DNA from: Octopus vulgaris
Taxonomy: Eukaryota
NCBI GenBank assembly: GCA_951406725.2
Contig: OX597819.1
Location: 109,802,001 to 109,866,000 of the forward strand
Direction: 5' to 3'
Length of the DNA stretch: 64,000 nucleotides
A program made the position numbers and the translations under genes. The notes beneath the pieces were generated by a model. It made no database searches. It was not told where the DNA came from and saw only the letters and a program-made list of their open reading frames with translations. Below, piece by piece: positions 1 through 14,116 of the stretch (position 1 is its first letter; each line of letters opens with the position of its first letter).

Positions 1-440
1 TAACGTCGGATGTAATCAATTGAACCACACGTGTATTTATCGTTATGGTAAAATCTGGCGTGTGATTGAGTGGATTTCATCCAGATAGTTTTGGCCGAGG
101 AGCTACAAGTGGGTTTTTTGTAAGTAAAATTACATTTAATTCATTAATAGCGAAACAATTGTCCCAAAATAATCTGTATTTTTGTTATTTTTTATTTGCC
201 CTGTTCGTGTGAGCTAACAATCGTACTGACTTTCACGGGAAACATGTATTTTTGTGGTTGAAACCTTTTGGATTTTCTAGTGCTAGAATAAGCCACATAG
301 TGACCATTCTCTTATATTTATTTTTGTATAAAATATTATAATATATAATAAAATATTATAATAATCCAGGTTTCTCGAAGCACTGGGCCACTTGGTGTTG
401 AATAGATATAGTATCTAATTCTCTCACCCTTATTAATTAA

Positions 441-625
<185 letters not shown>

Positions 626-722
626 GGAGTAAACACATAAATGTGAAACAAGGCGGAAAAAAGAGTACTCAAATACCAGTGGTAGAGTAATATGCTTTAT
701 TTTAAGCAGCAGAAAATTCAAC

Positions 723-769
723 AAAATCTGTTACTCTGAGTTTCTCGTTGCCGTTCATCAGACAGTTTT
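723..769 (-). ncRNA. Minimal type-I hammerhead ribozyme (inverted copy)
   Basis: Reverse complement reads CUGU-CUGAUGA-aCGGCAACGa-GAAAC-UCAGA-GUA-ACAG. Confidence 0.8.
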
Positions 770-1639
770 TGCTAGAATGGAACTGATATATCAATTCAAT
801 CTATACTCTTACAAACGCTACACCTTTAAAAAGAAATGGACTTGTTTGATTGGCCCTTTAGAAAAAACGGTCAATCTTCGAGCGATAAACAAAAAGGTCA
901 AAAATATATGTATATATATATAAAAAACTTATAAAAATTATAAAATCCGAGGAAAAACCTATTGACGTTAATGAAGACAGTGCAAATTAATGCATAGAAA
1001 TTAAACCTGTTATAAATACTGCAATACATATTTATATTAAAATCTACATATATATATCAACATACACAAAAGGATGCGCGTAAACGCCATACATACATAT
1101 ACAGACGTATGAATATAAATCTAAATATACACATAAAAGCATGTGTACATATATTCACGCAAACCGTCTTGCACGCAAGCTAAAATTCATCTATGTAGCA
1201 ATTCTCATATACTGAGCAAGGAGGGGGAACGAAAGAAAGGGAGAGAGAGAAAAAGGAACGAAGGAGGGGTGGGGAAAAACGAAATAAGAAAAAAAAAATT
1301 ATGTATACAAGCAGTGTAACGGTGTTATTGGCATCTATAGAGACCAGTATACATACACAAGTTTGAATGGATACATATACATACCGTCGTGTATATGTGT
1401 GCTTAAGCACAAACATACTTTCACTTACACATACACAGATACGCATGCTTACAAATACATATGCTTTGCTATACACATACTTATATAAACATTCTAGTTT
1501 TGACAACATTGCTTTTTTAAAAAAACATTGCTTTTAAAAATGGGTGCATAATAATGAAAATATATACGAATAGACAACTGAAAATAAATACCCAGAGTTA
1601 AAAAAACATTGCTTTTAAAAATGGGTGCATTAATAAAAA

Positions 1640-1919
1640 TAATAGAAAGAGGAAGAAAACCAGCCTAGCAAAATATGTCTGGGAACTAAAAGAAAAGGAA
1701 GCCCCACCTTTCAACGTGACATGGAGCATTCTGGACAGGGCGGCACCATACAGGCATGGAGCTTACAAAAATAATTTCAAGTGCAGACTTTGTCTATTAG
1801 AAAAAATGTACATCTTATTCAAAGACAATAATTCTTTGAATCAAAGAAGTGAGCTAATGAACGTATGTAGGCACGCGGCTAAATTTAAAATGTCGAATAT
1901 AAATATACCATATGGATAG
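1640..1919 (+). pseudogene. PLE GIY-YIG endonuclease C-terminal fragment
   Basis: TSLAKYVWELKE...TWSILDRAAPY...CRLCLLEKMYIL...LNQRSELMNVCRH, the pattern typical of PLE ORF ends. Confidence 0.8.
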
Positions 1920-2980
1920 AGTATATATTTTGTATTTTTGATTTTTGATTTTGATTTTGACTCTTGAGCGCTACGATGGATTTTGATTTTGTTTTTGTTT
2001 CCAAGCTATGCGGATCTTAATCCGTATAGCAAAGTCTTATGTTTCTACATATATATTAGGAAAAACCTACAAACTTTGTTTTCATGTTATTGTATTGCAT
2101 AGGATTACCTTGATTATTTATATTACCTTGATTATTTATAAATGACCCAAAATAGGATGTTATATTTTATTTTATATGTCTTTCGTATATATTTTTATTA
2201 ATGCACCCATTTTTAAAAGCAATGTTTTTTTTAAAAAAGCAATGTTGTCAAAATTAGAATGTTTATATAAGTATGTGTATAGCAAAGCATATGTATTTGT
2301 AAGCATGCGTATCTGTGTATGTGTAAGTGAAAGTATGTTTGTGCTTAAGCACACATATACACGATGGTATGTATATGTATCCATTCAAACTTGTGTATGT
2401 ATACTGGTCTCTATAGATGCCAATAACACCGTTACACTGCTTGTATACATAATTTTTTTTTCTTATTTCGTTTTTCCCCACCCCTCCTTCGTTCCTTTTT
2501 CTCTCTCTCCCTTTCTTTCGTTCCCCCTCCTTGCTCAGTATATGAGAATTGCTACATAGATGAATTTTAGCTTGCGTGCGAGACGGTTTGCGTGAATATA
2601 TGTACACATGCTTTTATGTGTATATTTAGATTTATATTCATACGTCTGTATATGTATGTATGGCGTTTACGCGCATCCTTTTGTGTATGTTGATATATAT
2701 ATGTAGATTTTAATATAAATATGTATTGCAGTATTTATAACAGGTTTAATTTCTATGCATTAATTTGCACTGTCTTCATTAACGTCAATAGGTTTTTTCC
2801 TCGGATTTTATAATTTTTATAAGTTTTTATATATATATACATATATTTTTGACCTTTTTGTTTATCGCTCGAAGATTGACCGTTTTTTCTAAAGGGCCAA
2901 TCAAACAAGTCCATTTCTTTTTAAAGGTGTAGCGTTTGTAAGAGTATAGATTGAATTGATATATCAGTTCCATTCTAGCA

Positions 2981-3028
2981 AAAACTGTCTGATGAACGGC
3001 AACGAGAAACTCAGAGTAACAGATTTTG
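2981..3028 (+). ncRNA. Minimal type-I hammerhead ribozyme
   Basis: CTGATGA at 2989-2995, GAAA at 3006-3009, GUA cleavage triplet at 3016-3018; stem I CUGU/ACAG; palindromic helix III ACUC-A-GAGU. Confidence 0.82.
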
Positions 3029-3054
3029 TTGAATTTTCTGCTGCTTAAAATAAA

Positions 3055-3195
<141 letters not shown>

Positions 3196-3306
3196 CAAGG
3201 ACAATAGAAAAATGATTTCAATGTCAATATGCTGAGAACAGACTTTAAATCGTCAATTTCCACATTTATAATATACATTCATAATATATATCTGTAAATA
3301 AGCCAT

Positions 3307-3367
3307 GATAAGACTCCGAGTTTCGGATGTCGGGGCGGAAACCCACGCTGCTATCTCTTCAGTTATC
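3307..3367 (-). ncRNA. Type-I hammerhead ribozyme
   Basis: GAUAA-CUGAAGA-[31 nt stem II]-GAAAC-UCGGA-GUC-UUAUC; canonical core and perfect stem I. Confidence 0.8.
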
Positions 3368-3385
3368 CGGCCATCGAAAAACTTT

Positions 3386-3418
<33 letters not shown>

Positions 3419-4503
3419 TATATATATATATAATGTGAATGTGTGTGGAAGAGCACCATTTTGCCACACCACACAAGATCGCACTTCCATCAATATATTC
3501 TTCACCTCGAAGAACAACTGACAAGGAATAGCGTAGTACCAGGATGTCCTTGATATACATCGATTCAGACAGTAATCTCTGCCGAGTATAATGGAATTGT
3601 CACTTTGATATCTGAATATCTTTCTGTCTATGATGCTCAGTGTTTGTATTAATTCTACCAATCTGTGTAGAGACTGTCTTTCCACTATTGCAAGTTTTGG
3701 AAAAAAAAGAAAGAAAGAGAATTATACCAATTTGTAAATTCTTCATTTCATACTTTATCAGTTGGCCAAAGATCTTATTACATTAACACCTTGTAGTTGC
3801 TCTAGTCACACATTGAGTTGCACAAACAAGGTGAACACTAGCATATCGAATTGATGTAATATCTGAGATGGATTTAGGTGAAAAATATTTCTTTATTCAG
3901 AATCTGTTGCATATAAAACTTTTGTCACATCTGATTGATAACTCTCTCAGAATCTGGCCGATCACTCATTCTTTCTGTCAGTTTAAATTTATTTCCCAGT
4001 CCTGTAAATGTTTTCAAGTCACACAGATTTCTCTAATACGAAATTTCTATAGCACTTAAACATCTTCGTTGCTAATATTATACACTATTTGTAATAGAAA
4101 TAAGACTACATATCAATTAAAATGCCCCGTAAAACAGACGACAGCCGTGTTTAAAGCAAGTTAAGTAACACTTGTGAAGCAAACACATGATGTTCTGTCT
4201 AAATTGATTATATAGATTGATAGTCAATAAACAATTTCTGGTAATTTGTGATAGCTTAAGCATTATAATAGGCACTCCTGAATATGCAAGTACCTATGTA
4301 TAATTGTATCAAGCAATCAATGTATCTGTCTGCCAGCCCATCTATCTGCCAGCCTACTCGTCTGCCTGCCTGACTGCCTTCCTGTCTGTCTGTCTGTCTG
4401 TCTGTCTGCCTGTCTGCCTCTCTTTCTCTCTCCCTCACTATATTCCCCTATCACTCTATGTAGGTATCGTTCTTTCTCTATTTCTATGTGTCTATCTTTC
4501 AAG

Positions 4504-4536
<33 letters not shown>

Positions 4537-4633
4537 ATCTGTCTTATCCATATCTACATATATATTCATATATTATATATTTTCTTACATTTGTAAAAAT
4601 GGCTTATTAATAAGCGCTGTTGGTTGTAATCTC

Positions 4634-4717
4634 CTCCCTGATGAAATTGATACATCATTCCACATTATTCTTCCTCTCGGACTAATTTTAATGTATCAAT
4701 CGAAACATATGTCGGTG
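4634..4717 (+). ncRNA. Type-I hammerhead ribozyme with long stem II
   Basis: CUGAUGA at 4638; stem II AUUGAUACAU/AUGUAUCAAU; GAAAC-AUAU-GUC (palindrome ACAUAUGU); weak stem I. Confidence 0.75.
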
Positions 4718-4902
4718 ATATGGGGATATAAATGATTTAAATAACATCTTGTGCGTTTCTCTCCATTTTCCATTAATCTTATGTTCCCTAAAACACGCCT
4801 CACTTCTCGGAATTACCACCCATGGAAGTGTGGTTATTAATTTCTTAGGCTCTTATGTAACATTTGGCTGCGCTCGTAAGTGTTTCTCTGGATCTTTCCT
4901 TA

Positions 4903-4963
<61 letters not shown>

Positions 4964-4976
4964 CATATATATATGC

Positions 4977-5116
<140 letters not shown>

Positions 5117-5246
5117 CTTATAAATAAGGGCAAACGAAAAAATGTCTAATGCCAAATATGCCGAAAATTGGACATATTGTCCATTACCATATAATTTTTC
5201 ACAATACGCACGCTACAGAAATTTCTAAAAAAATCCATTATTACCA

Positions 5247-5299
5247 TATCGGACCGATTTCAGGGTTAGTTCGTAAGAACCCTCCCTTCGTCAGTGATA
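5247..5299 (-). ncRNA. Type-I hammerhead ribozyme
   Basis: UAUCA-CUGACGA-AGGG..GUUC UUAC GAAC..CCCU-GAAAU-CG-GUC-CGAUA. Confidence 0.75.
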
Positions 5300-5336
5300 A
5301 ATGTGGCAAAGAAATAAATGAGATACTTACTCATAC

Positions 5337-5383
<47 letters not shown>

Positions 5384-5418
5384 CATATATATATATTTAT
5401 GTATGTATGTATGTTTAC

Positions 5419-5452
<34 letters not shown>

Positions 5453-6517
5453 TTACATATGTGCATGAGTGGCTCCGGGTGTGAATGCGCCTTTGTGTTC
5501 CTACTGATATTCTAAACCGTTGGATGTTCCACAAAAAATTGCTGACTGATTTCTTTAACGTGAGTCAAAATGCCTATGGAAGAGCGTCATTTGTAAATCT
5601 CACAATAACATACAATAACACATTTCCCTCAGTATATTCAACTGTGACATTTAATTCTTTCAATTCAAGTGAGGCAACATTTCTATATTCAAAGTGTTTT
5701 CAGAGAACAACTGACAAAGAATTGGTCGATTGCAGAAGGTATTTCCTACACATCGATTCACAAAATATTCTTTGCTGAGTGTAATGGATTTGTCACTTTA
5801 ATATCTGAATATTCTTCAGTCTATAATTCGCAGTGTCTTGTATCTACGCTATCGAACTGTAGAGAATGTTTTTCGCTGATACAAGCCTCGGGAAAAAAAG
5901 GAGAAAAATAAAAAATAAAGCAATTTTGTAAAATCTTTACACCATACTTTGCTATGTGACCAAAGCTGTTATTACACCGACAGCTTGTAGTTGTTCCACA
6001 CACACATTGTGATGCGTGTACAGAAACATGGTGGATACTGGCTTGCAGAATCGATGTAATATCTGAGATGGATTTAGCAGAAAATCTTTCCTTATTCAGA
6101 AAATGTAGTATATAAAACATTAGTCACGTCTAATTGAAAATTCTCTCAGAAACTGCCTCATCAACCACTCTTCCTGTCAGTTTAAACTTATTTCCCAGTC
6201 CCACAAATGTTTTCAAGTTGTATAGATTTTTCTATTAAGAAATTTCTACGGCATTTAAACATCTTCGTCGTTAATATTACACGCAAGTGGTCGCGGTATA
6301 TAACTTCATAAAAAATAGACAGCGCTCTAAAAAGAGGGTTGTGTTTAATACAACTTAATTGACCCTTGTCAACCAAACACATGTTGCCCTGTATACATTG
6401 ATTATGCACATTTAATAGTCAATAAATAACGTGTTATTTGTGATTATTTGCCATAGTAATAGACATTACTGAATATGTACGTTGTTATATAAATCTGTAT
6501 CTGTCAGTCATTGTTCT

Positions 6518-6592
<75 letters not shown>

Positions 6593-6696
6593 GTCTGTCT
6601 ATCTACCTACCTATCTATCAGTATATATGCATATGTATACCGATAAATATATTTGTATAATAAATGTATATATATATATATATATATATAAACATC

Positions 6697-6735
<39 letters not shown>

Positions 6736-7314
6736 ATGTGTGTGTGTGTATGTATGTATGTATATTTGAAAATTTGATTAGAGAAGGCATTTTTGGGGCG
6801 GATAATTTTTATTTTGATAAAATTGTCCCCCATCAAAATGTCATCTCTACTCATTTACACAAATATATAATATTTTTTACTAATTGTTTTATATCCCCAC
6901 ATGTCTGTGTTTTGTTTGTCCTCTGTTTGTCGGCTCCTTGTGGGTAATAAAGAAAACGGTTTGTTGCCAACTTAATGTGGCAGTCCCAGTAAAGGGAAAG
7001 ATACTACTGCTATTTAGCCCCAGGAAACACCATTTCCAGCTGGCCATGTGACACAAACGTTCTGTACCGTTATGTTTTCAAACCATTTCTTTTATATATA
7101 TATATCAGAAATATTAAATTTCTAAATATCTCATAGAGATATGTACAGTGGTGGGGCGATATAATGGTTGTATACTGTCAACTTAACGTGACAGTAGGGG
7201 GATTACACCACCGCTGTTTAGCCCCATCGACGCTTCCTGTCGGCTTCGACACACTTACTGTGTCCTTATATATTTACGAAGGGGAGACAAATACCCCCAA
7301 CAGCTAGGCCTGCA

Positions 7315-7361
7315 TCTAGAGACACGCATGTTTCAGGGTCTTTGCCCATCATCGGTCTAGA
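7315..7361 (-). ncRNA. Hammerhead ribozyme variant (U4C) capping a ~145-nt hairpin
   Basis: UCUAGA-CCGAUGA-uGGG CAAAGA CCCu-GAAAC-AUGCGU-GUC-UCUAGA. Confidence 0.65.
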
Positions 7362-7419
7362 GTAGCATAAGCCTGCTAGCTGCGGATATTTGTCTCGATT
7401 TCGTAAATATATATATCTA

Positions 7420-7476
<57 letters not shown>

Positions 7477-7788
7477 TGCGTATAAGTATACATATGTATA
7501 TATATCTATATTAGTGTGAGTGGTGGTTGAATGTATGTGCCTCTGTGAGCCTACCTATATCCTAATATGTTGAATGTGCCACAAAAAATTGCTGACTGAT
7601 TTCTTTAACAAGAGTTAAGATAGCTAGGCGCAGGAGTGGCTGTGTGGTAAGTCGTTTGCTTACCAACCACATGGCTCCGGGTCCAGTCCCACTGCGTGGA
7701 ACCTTGGGCAAGTGTCTTCTACTATAGCCTCGGGTCGACCAAAGCCTTGTGAGTGGATTTAGTAGACGGAAACTGAAAGAAGCTCGTC

Positions 7789-7844
<56 letters not shown>

Positions 7845-7847
<3 letters not shown>

Positions 7848-8526
7848 GGTCCCGGGTTGAGTCGGGGTTAACCACAGTAAATAAGGTACTCAATACATTG
7901 CAGAGTAAAGTAATTTATTTTATAGAAGGAGCTTCTACAGGACTAGAACTGTTTCATTCATGTGAAATCTCCAGGAAGCTGGCTGTCAAAATAAGTTCTG
8001 GTATTTATGCATTTAGGCAGATTTAATGGAGTGGTGGTGGGGGACGTTTTTTGGGTAGGTTGGTATTTAGGAGATAAGCAGGGCACTAGCTATTGTTCTT
8101 AGGGGATTGGTCAAACGGCCAGAGTCAGTGAGAAAATAAAAAAATAAAAAAATACAAAAATAAAAAAATAAATATTTTTATATATTTTTTATTATTAGAT
8201 TTTTTAAATTTTATTATTATTTTTTTATTATTTTATTATTTTATTATTTTTTTATATTTTTTATATTTTTTATATTTTATATTTTTTTATTTTTTTATTA
8301 TTTTATTTTATTTTTTCACTGACTCTGGCCTTATGACCAATCCCCTAAGAACAATAGCTAGTGCCCTGCTTATCTCCTAAATACCAACCTACCCAAAAAC
8401 GTCCCCCACCACCACTCCATTAAATCTGCCTAAATGCATAAATACCAGAATTTATTTTGACAGCCAGCTTCCTGAAGATTTCACCTGAATGAAACAGTTC
8501 TAGTCCTGTAGAAGCTCCTTCTATAA

Positions 8527-8531
<5 letters not shown>
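7845..8531. mobile_element. Palindromic PLE-derived element (arms ~7914-8160 and ~8300-8531) nested in the (TA)n tract of a SINE
   Basis: Inverted arms each carry an HHR; AT-only spacer; (TA)n flanks. Confidence 0.75.
8466..8516 (+). ncRNA. Type-I hammerhead ribozyme (mutated inverted copy CUGGAGA at 7930-7980, minus)
   Basis: AGCUUC-CUGAAGA-uUUC ACCU GAAu-GAAAC-AG uucuaguc CU-GUA-GAAGCU. Confidence 0.82.
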
Positions 8532-8598
<67 letters not shown>

Positions 8599-9980
8599 AT
8601 CCCCCCAACATCGCTTGACAACCGATGCTGGTGTGTTTACGTCCCCGTAACTTAGCGTTTCGGAAAAAGAGACCGATAGAATAAGTACTAGGCTTACAAA
8701 GAATAAGTCCTGGTGTCTATTTGCTCGACTAAAGGCGGTGCTCCAGCATGGCCGCAGTCAAATGACTGAAACAAGTAAAAAAAAAAAATACCTATGGAAG
8801 AGCGTCGTTTGTAAATTTCACAATAACATATTTCCCTCAATATATTCAACTGTGACATTTAATTCTTTCAATTCAAGGAAGGCAACATTTCTTTATTAAA
8901 TGTTTACAGAGAACAACTGACAAAGAATTTAGCGGTTCTAGGAGGTTTTTCATACACATCAATTCACAAAATATTCTTTGCTGAGTGCAATGGATTTGTC
9001 ACTTTAATATCTGAATAATTTTTAGTCTGTAATTCTTAGAGTTTTGTATTAACACTATCAAACTGCGTGGAAAATGTTTTCTGTTGATGCAAGTCTCGGA
9101 AAAGAAGGGAGAAAAATAAAAAATTAAAGCAAATTTGTAAAATCTTTTCGCCGTATTTATCATGCGATCAAAACCGTTATTACAGTGACAACTTGTAGTT
9201 GTTCCACTCATATATTATGATGCATGTTCAAAACATGGTGAATACTGCCTTGTAGACTCGATGTATTATATGAAATAGTTTTAGCTGAAAATCTTTCCTT
9301 ATTCAGAAGCCGTTGTATATAAAACATTAGTCACGTCGACAACTTTCTCAGAGTCTGTCTTATCAGCCGCTCTTCTTGTCGGTTTAAATTTATTTCCCTG
9401 TCTTGCAAATGTTTTCAAGTTGTATAGATTTTTCTATTACGAAATTTCTACTGCACCTAAAAACTTTCGTTGTTAATATTACACGCCAGTGGTGTTAATA
9501 ATAAAACTTTCTAACAAATAGACGGCGCTCTAAAGCTAGGGATGTTCTGTTTAAAACAACAACTTAATTAGTCCTCGTCAGCCAGAACTTATGGTGTCTC
9601 GTGTAAATTGATTACGCACATTAATGGCTTAGTGGTTAGAGTGTTGGACTCAGGATCGCGAGATCGTGGCTTCAATTCCTAGACCGGGTGGCGCGTTGTA
9701 TTCTTGAGCAAGACACTTCATCTCGCGTCACTCTGCGATCACGTCGACACCTGACTTGTGGCACACAGTGCACCTGTTCAGACAACATCGATTTGATGGA
9801 GAGAGTGTGCAAATGTGCGGCACGAACGTTTGATCACTATAAACAAATCATTTGTGCAGGTCATTCGGCAAAAACTGGACGGTCATACGTCGTGTTCGAC
9901 GGGAGAGACCATTATTTAACATAAAATAATAGGCATTACTGAATGTGTACGTTGTGGTATATATTGGTATTTGTCAATCA

Positions 9981-10106
<126 letters not shown>

Positions 10107-11146
10107 ATCTATCTGTGTCTGTATATATGTGTGTGTGTGTTTGTAGGTATAAATATATATGTTAGCATATGTGTATGTGTGGCTCTGTGTGTGTGTGAGA
10201 GTGTGCTCGTGTGCGCGTGTGCGCGTGCATTGAAATTCTAAAACGTTGGATGTTTCACAATGAATCGTTGACTGATTTCTTTAACAAGAATCATGATGTC
10301 CATGGAAGGGCGTCATTTTACAAAACACACAACAACACATAACCCTCAATATATTCAACTGTGACATTTAATTCTTTCATTTCAAGGAAGGCAACATTTC
10401 TATATTGGGAGTGTTTTCAGAGAACAGCTGACAAACCATTGGTCGGTTGCAGAGGGTATTTCATGCACGTCGTTTCAAACAAAATATTCTTTCCTGAGTG
10501 AAATAGAATTGTCACGTTAATACTTGAATATACTTCAGACTATAATTCTCAGTGTTTTGTATTAACATTTTCAATTTATGCAGACAGTTTGTTCCATTAA
10601 TGCAAGTTTTGGGGGAAAATGTTATAAAGTCCCTTCGCCATACTTTATCGTGTGAGCGAAGCAGTTATTAACAACTCTTGGTTACTTCACACTCATACTG
10701 TGATGCATGTACAAAAAACATGGCGGGCAATATCATGTATAATTGATGTCAAATCTGAGATTATATAAGACATTAGTCAGCTCTGATTGACAATTCTCTC
10801 AGAATCTGGCTTATCAACCACTCTTCCTGTCAGTTTAAATTTATTTCCCTGTCCTGCGAATGTTTTCATGTCGTATAGATTTTTCTATTACGAAATTTCT
10901 ACTGCACTTAAAAATTTCCATTGTCGATATTACACGCCGGTAGTAATAAAACAAATAGGTGACATTCTGAAGAGACAGCTGCCGTGTCTAGAAATTAAGT
11001 AATCGTTGTCAAGCAAACACGTAATGTTCTCTATAAATAGATTATATAAATTGATAGCCAATAAACAATAGGTGGTAATTTGCGATCATTTAACATAATA
11101 ATAAATACTACTAAATATGTTCATGTGTGTTTCTCTGTGTGTGTGT

Positions 11147-11196
<50 letters not shown>

Positions 11197-12414
11197 CATT
11201 CAACGAAGATCATAATAACTGATAGACCATGTCACGTATATGTGCTGCCATATGTATTTCGGTGATGTATAAATGAATGAGGCGCTGTTGGTGATAGAAT
11301 ATAAGAGACACGCAACACTTAGGTCGTTTGTAAGAGCTATACAAGCATTACAGCAAACTGAAACTATCTTATCCAAAATATGTGGATTGTTGTCTACCCC
11401 ACACAATTGAAATTATATTTTAGGCGTAACTTTCTGTAGATCAGGCAAAAATACGAGTAATGGCAGACAGCTAGGAGCGTAGAGTGCTATGATTTGATTT
11501 AGCCAGCTGTTTTCTTCTCTGTTTGTGGACGGGACCCCCAAACATTGTTCATGTTTTATTTCTTTTTATTACAATTAGTTGTAATTACTGTGATTTGTTT
11601 TATATATTTTAATTATTCCGTGTAAATATGTGTTCTCAATAAATTTTTTATTCGCCCATGTCTATATTGTACAGCGTTTCTGAGTATTTCAAATGGTTTC
11701 AGTTCAATCTGATGCAATTTATACTAGCTGAGTGCTATTGCTGCTCTCTTTCCTTCTAGCTTTCTCATCCTTGATGTTATGGGGCCCTGAGGTGGTCTAC
11801 GTCTGTTTGCAACTACGTAAACACCGAAAACAATTATCGAAAGCATGTACATGATGTAACGCCATCCGTACTCGCGAGTGATGGTTCACTGTACAGTATC
11901 TGTGCTTTGTATGATGTTGTTCGTATAGTCCAAAATTAAAGCACACATTTCTGTTTAGAGTAATAAAGAAGAGTGAAGGCGTGTGGCTTAGTGGTTAGGA
12001 ATATTCGACTGAGCTGACGATCTCAAAGTCGTGAGTTCGATTCCCGACAGCACGTTGTGTCCTTGAGCAAGACACTTTATTTCACGTTGCCCCAGTCGAC
12101 TCACCTGGCAAAAATGAGTAGCACCTGTATTTCAAAGGGCCAGCCTTGTCATATCCTGTGTCACGCCAAATCTCCCTGAGAACTAGTTTAAGCGCAAACG
12201 TGTCTGTAGAGTGCTCAGCCACTTGCACGTTAATTTGATCGGATGAGCTGAAATACACGTCGTCGCAACCGACGGAGTGCCAGCTGCCATTTTCTTGTTT
12301 TAGTTTGATATATAAGAAGAAAAATATGAGTTGATTGAGACTTACGAGTAGTTTCGCTATTTTGTGATTTGTTTTATTCATTTTAATTAATATCTGTTTC
12401 TCTTTTTTTTCTCT

Positions 12415-12810
12415 TTTTAATTGTTTCAGTCATTTGACTGTGGCCATGCTGGAGCACCGCCTTTAGTCGAGCAAATCGACCCCAAGACTTATTCTTTGTA
12501 AGTCTAGCACTTATTCTATCGGTCTCTTTTGCCGAACCGCTAAGTTACAGGGTACGTAAACACACCAGCATCGGTCGTCAAGCGATGTTGGGTGACAAAC
12601 ACAGACACACAAACACACACACATATATATACATATACATATATACGACAGGCTTCTTTCAGTTTCCGTCTACCAAATCTACTCACAAAGCTTTGGTCGG
12701 CCCGAAGCTATAGTAGAAGACACTAGCCCAAGGTGTCATGCAATGGGACTGAACCCGGAATCATGTGGTTGGTAAGGAAGCTACTTACCACACAGCCACT
12801 CCTGCGCCTA
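12415..12810 (-). mobile_element. SINE family A (older copy at 12950-13360)
   Basis: Reverse complement of the 7626 copy. Confidence 0.85.
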
Positions 12811-14039
12811 TGCATGAATTCCTATACTGACGTGTCACGGAGTCACAAACATTCAAGCATTAAATATTTCCTCAGATTATGAATCTTTCACAATCCTCTA
12901 AAAACTACCGTCTGTATGTGTGTATTTTCTTTTATCTCTATTTTTTATTTGTTTCAATCACTGGACTGCGGCCATGATGGGGTACCGCCTAGAAGTGTTT
13001 TAGTCGAAAGATCGCTCGAAGTACCTATTTCTTAAAAGTTTGGTAATTCTATCGGGTCTCTTTAGCTGAGCCTCTAAGTAACAGGGACGTAAACAAACCA
13101 ACAAGAGTTGTCAATTAGTGTGTGGGAACAAACACAAACACAAGTACACACACACACACACATACACACCAACACACACACATACAGATATATTTAGGAC
13201 AAGCTTACTCACAGTTTCCATCTACCAAATTCACTCACAAGGCATTGGTCTGCCCGCCCGTGACTACTACAAGGTAATTGCCGAAGGTGCCACGCAAAGG
13301 GATTGAACTCAAAAGCAAATGGTTGCAAAGTTAACTTTCTTAACTACATAGCCATGCCTGCACCCTAACTCTGTTGACGCATGTTCACAGTTGTTCTTAG
13401 AGGGATCTGTGTATCCATATCATACGGAAGTTTCAACAGCACACCAGATGGTTTTCCTATCAGGCAATGAGAGAGATAACGATAGCATCTTCTGGATTTT
13501 AAGGTCCCCTGTTTGGTCATAATAAAGACGATGATTGCTTCAAATGAGATTTGGAAACCACCAGTATGTATCAACCCGGTTGTATTGTGTGTGTCTTTTC
13601 TAAACGCACACACACACACAAACAGCCCATTCTGCGCAGACACAGCGGTATATCATGCATAGTAGACATGAATTGTAATTAAACAAAAAATACATAAAAC
13701 TGTTACAGTTGAATAAAATTTATTTAAAGCCGAATCTGCATCAGTTATTCCTCGGAATAGTTTTTCTTCTCAATTTTCAGGCGACCACCATTTTGGATTT
13801 TGAGGTTTGATTTTATGCATCACAAACGGTTCGAAAGGTTCGAGTCACGGGACAGTGATCAGTTGATATTGAAGTACAACTCGACGGGAGAGTGAAAATT
13901 TTCTGATAAGATGACAATGCTTGTGCGACACTAGTAAAGAACTTGGTGTAAAAATATAAATTTCACGTATGGCCATCTAGGCCAGAAGGAGATAGGAAGG
14001 AAGAGAAACTAAAGATCTTCTAAATTGTCTATTACACAC

Positions 14040-14116
<77 letters not shown>

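Larger units (their letters stand above)
7626..8788 (+). mobile_element. tRNA-derived SINE family A, full length with a nested PLE palindrome
   Basis: A box TGGCTGTGTGG, B-box-like motif, internal TA/TG microsatellite, tail GACTGAAACAAGTAAAA. Confidence 0.85.

Noticed and set aside
11786-11842. Hammerhead-like remnant (similar one at ~61740-61775)
   Set aside because: Core too degenerate to call.
13719-13902. Possible minus-strand terminal exon with AATAAA at 13719-13724
   Set aside because: No recognisable peptide or linked upstream exon; the CA ORF already ends at 22096.
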